NCBI GenBank assembly: GCA_048882505.1
Contig: JBHLRO010000007.1
Span: forward strand, 60,001 to 92,000
Origin: Candidatus Thorarchaeota archaeon
GTDB lineage: Archaea; Asgardarchaeota; Heimdallarchaeia; Hodarchaeales; Hodarchaeaceae
Length of the DNA: 32,000 bases
Direction of reading: 5' to 3'
Shown: piece by piece, positions 25,499 through 32,000 of the stretch
How the letters are laid out: every line of letters starts with the position of its first letter
How positions within the stretch are numbered: position 1 is the first letter of the stretch
Program-made: the position numbers and the translations under genes
The notes under the pieces: generated by a model
The model's input: the letters and a program-made list of their open reading frames with translations, nothing else
Told to the model about the DNA's origin: nothing
The model's database searches: none

Positions 25499-27331
25499 TC
25501 ATTCTACGGATATCGTTGCCCGAAAAAAGAGATAAATTCGTTCTGCCAAAGCCCGATTAATCCCCTCAACTTGAGCTAACTCTTCAACAGTCGCTTTCTT
25601 GATTTGAGGTAGATCTCCGAAATATTGTAACAGAGCGTTCCTTCTTTTAGCACCAACTCCAGGAATGAGGTCTAGCTGTGATCGTGGATGAACTAGGCGC
25701 CGCTTCTGGTGATAAGTTATCGCAAATCGATGAGCTTCATCACGAATCTGCTGAAGCAGGAGTAGAGCTGGACTCTTCTTAGGGATGGGAACAGGATTAG
25801 GTTGATGAGGAAGAAACACATCTTCTTCCTTCTTGGCCAACCCGATCACTGGAATCTGATGTTTTTGTTTCTTTAAAATGCGCGCTATGGTATTTACTTG
25901 AGGTTTTCCTCCATCTACTACAATTAAATCAGGCAGGGCCCTCGCAAAGCCCAGATCGGTATGTTTAAGACGCCTTTCAATCATTTCTGCAAGCATCGCT
26001 ACATCGTTGGCTTCTCCCGTTATAGATTTAATCTTAAACTTACGATATTGGGATTTATCCAGTGTTCCACTTTGATAGACTACCATTGATCCTACTGGAA
26101 GCGTTCCTTGCGTAGTTGAAATATCAAAGCATTCTATTCGAGTTGGAAGATCATCTAGACCTAGATAATCCATAAGTTGATGGAGTGCAGTATCTTGTTG
26201 CACTTCTGTCCTTATTCCTCTGCGGATCTCTTCACCCAACAAAAGTTTCTTCTCTGAAATGAGAGATTTAAGCTGGGAAGGAAAGGAAAGATCAGCATTC
26301 TTAATGTGCACAGTTGTTCCTTGCTTTTTTGAAAGCCAGAGCTCCAATACTTCTTTGTTATCTGTTAGATCGAAATTAACTTCCACATTCGGGGGAATGA
26401 ATTCTGAATTCATATAATAATGTCGTACAAATGATTGGAGTATCTCAGACCCAGTGAGATGTTCTAGCTGGCCAAGATAGCGAACTTCGGAATTCAAAAC
26501 TGAATCGTCTTTAATCCAATAAATAACCAACATAAAATGGTTAGACTCTTCTAAAACAAGGAAAACGTCTCGGTTTCGGGATTGAGGAAATCCGTGCTGT
26601 GAGTCAATCGTTCGTTCAATTTGAGCTATTCTGTCTCTGAGAGTAGCCGCGCGTTCAAACTCTAGGGACTTCGAGGCGTCTTCCATTTCTTTATATAAAG
26701 TTTCCATTAAATCCTGTCTTTTTCCTTGAAGGAATAGCACCAATTGACCCACAATGGATTGATATCGTTCTAATGAGATTTTATTTGCACATGGCGCAAC
26801 ACAACGTTTTACAGAATAATCTAGACATGGCTTTTTGACATTAAAGCAATAACCTTTGTTTGCAATTGGAAAAAGCCTACGCAAGGAACGAATACTTCTT
26901 CTGAGCGCCTTAACATCAGTTTTACGTCCAAAGTGCCAGTCATGGGATCCAGAAACCTCCCTAACAACAAATAAACGAGAGAATAACTCCGTTGAAGATG
27001 GTTTCGTTATCCGTATCATTGGATATTCTTTGTCATCTCTCCATTCTATATTATACTTAGGGTGGTGAATTCGGATTAGCTCACGTTCACGTAGAAAGGC
27101 TTTCTCGTCGGATTCATGGATTTCATAGTCGAGAAAATGAACATGGGTCAGTAGACGCTTTGTTTTCTGGTCAGCAATGTCTTTGGCAAAATAGGAGGTA
27201 ACCCGTTTTTTTAAATTTGTGGCACCACCGATATAAACTATCCTTTCATGCTCATCTAACATAAGATAGATCCCTGGCCGCTCCGGTATCTTTTTCAGGA
27301 GTTCTGCACGTGGTACTATGGGGATGGGCAT
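25499..27331 (-). CDS. uvrC: Excinuclease ABC subunit C
   Basis: GIY-YIG (PGIYLM...YIG...KRVTSYF), Cys-rich region, UVR domain (LEFERAATLRDRI), RNase H-like domain (RIECFDIS, DLIVVDGGKPQ) and HhH (IPGVGAKRR). Confidence 0.96.
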   Translation of the reverse strand: MPIPIVPRAELLKKIPERPGIYLMLDEHERIVYIGGATNLKKRVTSYFAKDIADQKTKRLLTHVHFLDYEIHESDEKAFLRERELIRIHHPKYNIEWRDDKEYPMIRITKPSSTELFSRLFVVREVSGSHDWHFGRKTDVKALRRSIRSLRRLFPIANKGYCFNVKKPCLDYSVKRCVAPCANKISLERYQSIVGQLVLFLQGKRQDLMETLYKEMEDASKSLEFERAATLRDRIAQIERTIDSQHGFPQSRNRDVFLVLEESNHFMLVIYWIKDDSVLNSEVRYLGQLEHLTGSEILQSFVRHYYMNSEFIPPNVEVNFDLTDNKEVLELWLSKKQGTTVHIKNADLSFPSQLKSLISEKKLLLGEEIRRGIRTEVQQDTALHQLMDYLGLDDLPTRIECFDISTTQGTLPVGSMVVYQSGTLDKSQYRKFKIKSITGEANDVAMLAEMIERRLKHTDLGFARALPDLIVVDGGKPQVNTIARILKKQKHQIPVIGLAKKEEDVFLPHQPNPVPIPKKSPALLLLQQIRDEAHRFAITYHQKRRLVHPRSQLDLIPGVGAKRRNALLQYFGDLPQIKKATVEELAQVEGINRALAERIYLFFRATISVE

Positions 27332-27572
27332 TTGGTTTTCTACTATCTCCTTACGTAGATATAAACGAACCGATGACCCAAATTAATAACTGTTGTTACG
27401 AGCATTTGAATATTATAAAATTCATCTGACTCGTAGGTTGGGTGAATCATTTAGTTTTTCCAAGTAACGTTCTGATACAAACAAAGATTAGGGTTGGACA
27501 GATAGAAAGCAGGAATTAATCCAGAATTAAGGGAATTCCAATCGGATCTCCACATCCAGGCCAGCCAGGCCC

Positions 27573-30500
27573 TCAGGCCTTTTGGAACGTTTTCAACCTT
27601 TTATATGCTTGAATCTCCTCTAATTTCTCAATAAAAACAAGGAAACAAGTGTAACTCCACGTCTCACCAGGTGCGATAGAAATTTCCCCGCCAGGAAAGA
27701 TCAGTCGAGTTTTTTCAGCAATTTCGATCCTATCCTTCCACGTCTGGTGTGAACGTCCCGCAAAAAATCCAAGATAGTAGGAAATTGTGTCCTCTGAATT
27801 GGAATAAAACAGGGCCCAAGGATCCTCCCTTGGCAGCAAAAAGCTATTTTCAAGATTTTCCACTGCCTTGATATCGACGGTGCCGTCCTGTGACGTGAAG
27901 TGAACGCGGTCGATTTCCGTACTGAGGAATAACTCATAACCACAGCGAAGCTGGACGGGGCTTAACCGGTGATTTGTGATATCTAGGTCAATCCGAAGAA
28001 TATTCGACTCAGGGAGCATGAGATAACTTAACTTCGCCTGAATATTGGTTAAAAGATTGTTTTGGGATAAATCAAGGAGGAATTGAATCCCCTTCCAATC
28101 TGCTATATCGATTTCTTGAACTTCGATGGCGGGGAACTTATAGACGATTCCTTCGCCATAGTCTTGAGATTTCTCGCGTAATGTAACCTGTAAACCCCCT
28201 AAAAACGGATTGTACCATAAATATGGTTTTTTATTTGGATAAGAACTCATGACATAATTGAAGGAAGACCCTTTTACCTCTAACAGATGGAGAGAGCCTG
28301 AAAACTGTTTTGTGGCCATAAGGCGGATCAGCCCGTTTTCCAATATGTTAACCGTGTTCCCATGCGAATCTAGCACCTCAGTAACATTGACTTCTGCTTC
28401 TTGAGAACCACCGTAATAGAAAATGGAAGTAAAATATCGTCGGATTGAAGTATTTGTTTCGTAAGATACCTCGAGCTGATCGTGATAAAGATGAGGATCA
28501 GCCGGACAACGTACGGTAATAGGCATCCCTCCTTCTGATTCGGGCGTCATTGTAAGAGTTATTGCTTCATCTGGTATTTCTAAATTGGAGAAACCACCAA
28601 AACTGATCTTTCCTTCTAATTTCCTTCGGAAATCATTGACATAATTCAAGAATAGAGTTTGAAGGTTGCCACGAGGCAAAAAAAGTGGTTTTTGCTTCCG
28701 TTCATCGATGCAATCGCATATTGAGATTCCTATTGCTTTTTGGGTATCGATTTCGCGAGAGGTTTTTAGCGGAGTATTTTTATTTCCATAGAAGCGTTCC
28801 CATGTTCGTTTGGCTTCTTTCCAGTTTTCTAAACCAAAAATTAGATAAATAGGTGCAAGGTGCTCTGTCTGATTTGCCAATAAAGGAAACCGATACTCAA
28901 TGTAAAAAGAACGGTTCCTGTGTAATCGAATCCTGTGGACAGATTCTGGGTTCCAGATGACTGCAAACGATCCCGTCCTGCGGTTATGAAAGATCCAACC
29001 TTCATTGGCCCGATCACTTAGGCCTTTTAAGTCATTAGCGCCGCCCCATTCGATATCGTCAACTATCACCACTTGATTAGGAGTTTGGACGGTGATTTCA
29101 TTACCTGTTTCCCATAATCCAAAACCCCATGTCAGAAAACCCACTTCTGGAAAATCCACTCCTCCTACGTTTCGGATGTGTTGGGTTAACTGAATAATAG
29201 GTTCGCCTGGAAGAAGAGATATCTTTTTTATGAGTTTTAGAGCTGGAAATTTCTTTGATTCGGCCAATAATTCCAGTCGACATGTTTCAGAGTTCCATAA
29301 GGTTGTATACGGGTGAACGGTCAAATCCTCTGTTGCATAGGGAAATGGAACTCCTAATGCATCCAATCCAGCCTGGAGAGTATGACTTTCATCCCTCAAG
29401 AGATCGATGACATGTGTTATTCCACACCATTTGCTCGTTCGAACTTTCGCCTGGAGTCTGGTATTTTCAACAAGAAATTCATCATTAGGAAGCGAACGTA
29501 TGGAAACCCCTCCCGTCAAGACCCCAAGTTCTCGGGTTTTCCTCAAAGGATCAGTGAAACGATCTGATCTCAAAGTGATAATCAGTTTAGCATTTTGTAG
29601 GTCTAGACCATTCAAATCTGGATTTACCGTTACTTCAAGTTTCTCTGATTCGTAAGCCCCCAATTGTATGGATTGACCTTGCGTTGGTTCGATTGAACCT
29701 CCTTCCAATGCTAGTTCCACTACAAGAGATTGGAATGAATCCATGTTATTGGTTATGACCAGTCCGAACTTTTCGAATTCCTTGCCAGACCGTATGGTTG
29801 GATAGAGTGGATCAAATGAGAGTTCGAAGGGTTCTTTTATTATGAAACCTGATGTGAGTGTTATTTCTGGATAACTCTCAATCTTAAAATGGCTGGTAAT
29901 TGTTGAATTAGTCCTTTCTGAAACTTCCCATCGTTTGTTTGTTGGTTTGACATCGGAACCAATAGCAATGTCAAAATCAAAAATCTTTTTATCTCCAGGG
30001 TTAAGATTTATATTAAATTCTCCTACTTCAGATTTTACTAGCTTGATTCCATCTGAGAGAATGAGGCCTCCTTTTATGGTAATTCTCTTGGCGGAGTGGT
30101 TGGTGAGCTTCCAAAAGACCTTATTGTTCGCGGATCCGATATATCCTGACTGATCCAACAAACTAGTTTCAATCTGAAGGGCCAACTTAGGGGATTGTAG
30201 ATGAAAACCACTTACAGTTTTTGCTTCTCTATCCACGAGAATATCCAAGAAATCCGAGGAATTGTCCAATTTAAAATGATATTTAAAAACAGACGAACCA
30301 TCAATTTTGTGGATGTCAGGTGATTGCTGAATAGGACGGTCTAGTCGAGCATACCAATTTCCCTTGTTTATAAACCGAGAAAAGAATGAAGAGGTAAGAA
30401 TTGGAGGAATATAAGACTCCATAAGTACAGATGTTTCAGGAAACCAATTAAATCCAGTACGCTTGTATAGGGGCATCGCCTTGAGATTTCCACCCCATGT

Positions 30501-30902
30501 ATGAAGATCTAAATGTGTTCCCTTCAGTCGTGTAACTAGTTCGGTTGCACATAACAAGAGTGCCTTTCCAAAACCCTTCCCTTGGAACTTCGGATTCACA
30601 CCGAATAAACCCACATAAAACGATGTCGGATCATTAAAGTTTACGTGAATGGTGCAGATACCCACAATCTGGTTGTCAACAAATGGCACCAGACGAGCTA
30701 TGGCCTCCTCTCGGCCAAACGCATCCATAACACGTTCGACGGTAAATGGATTACCATGCGTAAATCCGCCTGGCCAGCTTTCCGAATCATCAAATGAATT
30801 CAGGCAATCTGCAAGTTTGGATGCGTTATCTCTGTTGAGATCCATGTCTGAGATAATAAAATCCTTATAATCCCATCTAGATGGGATTTCTGATATGGTC
30901 AT
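27573..30902 (-). CDS. Large multidomain protein with N-terminal GNAT domain (1109 aa from ATG 30902)
   Basis: VGLFGVNPKFQGKGFGKALL and HTWGGNLKAMPLYKRTGF GNAT motifs, followed by ~900 aa of beta-rich domains; the ORF-track TTG at 30971 is probably too far upstream. Confidence 0.85.
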   Translation of the reverse strand: MTISEIPSRWDYKDFIISDMDLNRDNASKLADCLNSFDDSESWPGGFTHGNPFTVERVMDAFGREEAIARLVPFVDNQIVGICTIHVNFNDPTSFYVGLFGVNPKFQGKGFGKALLLCATELVTRLKGTHLDLHTWGGNLKAMPLYKRTGFNWFPETSVLMESYIPPILTSSFFSRFINKGNWYARLDRPIQQSPDIHKIDGSSVFKYHFKLDNSSDFLDILVDREAKTVSGFHLQSPKLALQIETSLLDQSGYIGSANNKVFWKLTNHSAKRITIKGGLILSDGIKLVKSEVGEFNINLNPGDKKIFDFDIAIGSDVKPTNKRWEVSERTNSTITSHFKIESYPEITLTSGFIIKEPFELSFDPLYPTIRSGKEFEKFGLVITNNMDSFQSLVVELALEGGSIEPTQGQSIQLGAYESEKLEVTVNPDLNGLDLQNAKLIITLRSDRFTDPLRKTRELGVLTGGVSIRSLPNDEFLVENTRLQAKVRTSKWCGITHVIDLLRDESHTLQAGLDALGVPFPYATEDLTVHPYTTLWNSETCRLELLAESKKFPALKLIKKISLLPGEPIIQLTQHIRNVGGVDFPEVGFLTWGFGLWETGNEITVQTPNQVVIVDDIEWGGANDLKGLSDRANEGWIFHNRRTGSFAVIWNPESVHRIRLHRNRSFYIEYRFPLLANQTEHLAPIYLIFGLENWKEAKRTWERFYGNKNTPLKTSREIDTQKAIGISICDCIDERKQKPLFLPRGNLQTLFLNYVNDFRRKLEGKISFGGFSNLEIPDEAITLTMTPESEGGMPITVRCPADPHLYHDQLEVSYETNTSIRRYFTSIFYYGGSQEAEVNVTEVLDSHGNTVNILENGLIRLMATKQFSGSLHLLEVKGSSFNYVMSSYPNKKPYLWYNPFLGGLQVTLREKSQDYGEGIVYKFPAIEVQEIDIADWKGIQFLLDLSQNNLLTNIQAKLSYLMLPESNILRIDLDITNHRLSPVQLRCGYELFLSTEIDRVHFTSQDGTVDIKAVENLENSFLLPREDPWALFYSNSEDTISYYLGFFAGRSHQTWKDRIEIAEKTRLIFPGGEISIAPGETWSYTCFLVFIEKLEEIQAYKRLKTFQKA

Positions 30903-31101
30903 GAAATATTTCTCCGAATAACATGTACGGAAGATCAGAAGAGGGAGAGGGGTTGTTTGAGGGCAATGCAAATAGTTCTAATATTGTCTTTTAAATTTGA
31001 GATTCGGGCAAACGTGGTTTTTTCCAGATATAGGAATTGAATTCTTGAAGGTTTTTAAACCACCCATTTTTTTAAAGATCTATACCTAGGAAGGTGTCAA
31101 A

Positions 31102-31908
31102 GTGGAACCGCTAGTCCGTGAGTTTTTTTGTGTACCACCCGTAGAAATTCCAAAAACGAAAAAAATTACCGTTCTAGCAAAAAGAGGTTATTTCGAGATT
31201 TCAGAAAATAGAATTGTCTATACGGTTTCCCGAAAGACATTAGAATACATAACTCTGGAACCAGAAACAGGGACCGGAAGAATGCAATCCTCCGAGATTC
31301 TTGGGGATCTTGACCCTATGCTCTTGCTGTACACATTAACAAAAGAGAAAACTGAACTATGTTTTTTCCCTAAAAGTAGTGAGAGCAATCAGTTTTTGAT
31401 GGATTTTATTTTCGGTGACCTCCTACCTTTTCCGCATAGTTCATACCCAAATTTCTACTTATTGAAACGGTTTGTCCCAAATATTTACGAAGAGTTCTAC
31501 AGATTGGCTGCGGATTTGGAGGATCCGATATCAACTACAATGGCGACATTTGAAAACAACGTGTTCCTTCCATTTAAACAAAAGGTTATTTCTGCTCAAA
31601 CCTTGAAAGAAGATCGGGCAAAGGTGGCAATAGATATTACTACTAGGGAATTTCCGCGATTTATAGGCCGTCACGGCGATCTTCAAAAAATTCTAAATAT
31701 ACGTTCGGAACAGATATCTGAGTTCCAGCAGATATCGATGGCTTTAATTTCCCCTTTCCTCCGCAAAATTCGCATGATATCGACTTTGAAGGAGCATCTG
31801 GAATCAGTGCCGTTAAAGAAAAAAGAGGGAGCATCAATTAAGCTAAGACCTCTAGTATTAGATCCATCCGCTTTAGTAGAACTTCTTAATCCCTTGGTAA
31901 AACCCTAG
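31102..31908 (+). CDS. Hypothetical protein, 268 aa
   Basis: Long GTG-start ORF with protein-like composition and a weak KH-like segment (FIGRHG). Confidence 0.75.
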   Translation: MEPLVREFFCVPPVEIPKTKKITVLAKRGYFEISENRIVYTVSRKTLEYITLEPETGTGRMQSSEILGDLDPMLLLYTLTKEKTELCFFPKSSESNQFLMDFIFGDLLPFPHSSYPNFYLLKRFVPNIYEEFYRLAADLEDPISTTMATFENNVFLPFKQKVISAQTLKEDRAKVAIDITTREFPRFIGRHGDLQKILNIRSEQISEFQQISMALISPFLRKIRMISTLKEHLESVPLKKKEGASIKLRPLVLDPSALVELLNPLVKP

Positions 31909-32000
31909 AGAGTTATGTCTGGTATAAATATACTTTGAGAACTTCGAAAAGTTTATCTACAGCTCTGTAGGGGGAGTAGATAGCTGAAAGGTAGGTTATT

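Noticed and set aside
27230-27280. UvrC YIGGA instead of YVGKA
   Set aside because: The key Tyr, Arg, Glu and Asn residues and all other domains are present; this is ordinary variation

Overview
Gene-dense archaeal window, most likely from an Asgard archaeon (Heimdallarchaeia/Hodarchaeales-like). That assignment is inferred from a Rab-like small GTPase, a TPR protein with a C-terminal longin-like domain, a uDENN/longin-like protein and large C-terminally anchored surface proteins. I found no rRNA, tRNA, CRISPR array or transposase. The central block (12.6-18.2 kb) holds an SMC-accessory cluster: kleisin scpA plus two tandem, highly divergent scpB (KITE) paralogues. No smc gene lies in the window, and the cluster is interrupted by an 812-aa TrmB-like protein with a ~580-aa, partly 11-residue-periodic helical rod. 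The left end holds a LuxE-like ligase (missed by the ORF track), a TFB-like protein with no Zn ribbon coupled to a uDENN-like gene, and two short ORFs that are homologous to each other and bracket that block in inverted orientation. The rest encodes a metal-dependent cyclase/hydrolase, two GNATs, a class V PLP enzyme, a triply frameshifted SRAP/YedK gene, an alpha/beta hydrolase with an N-terminal extension, a cupin, uvrC and hypothetical proteins. All family calls come from motif recognition by eye; no database searches were run.
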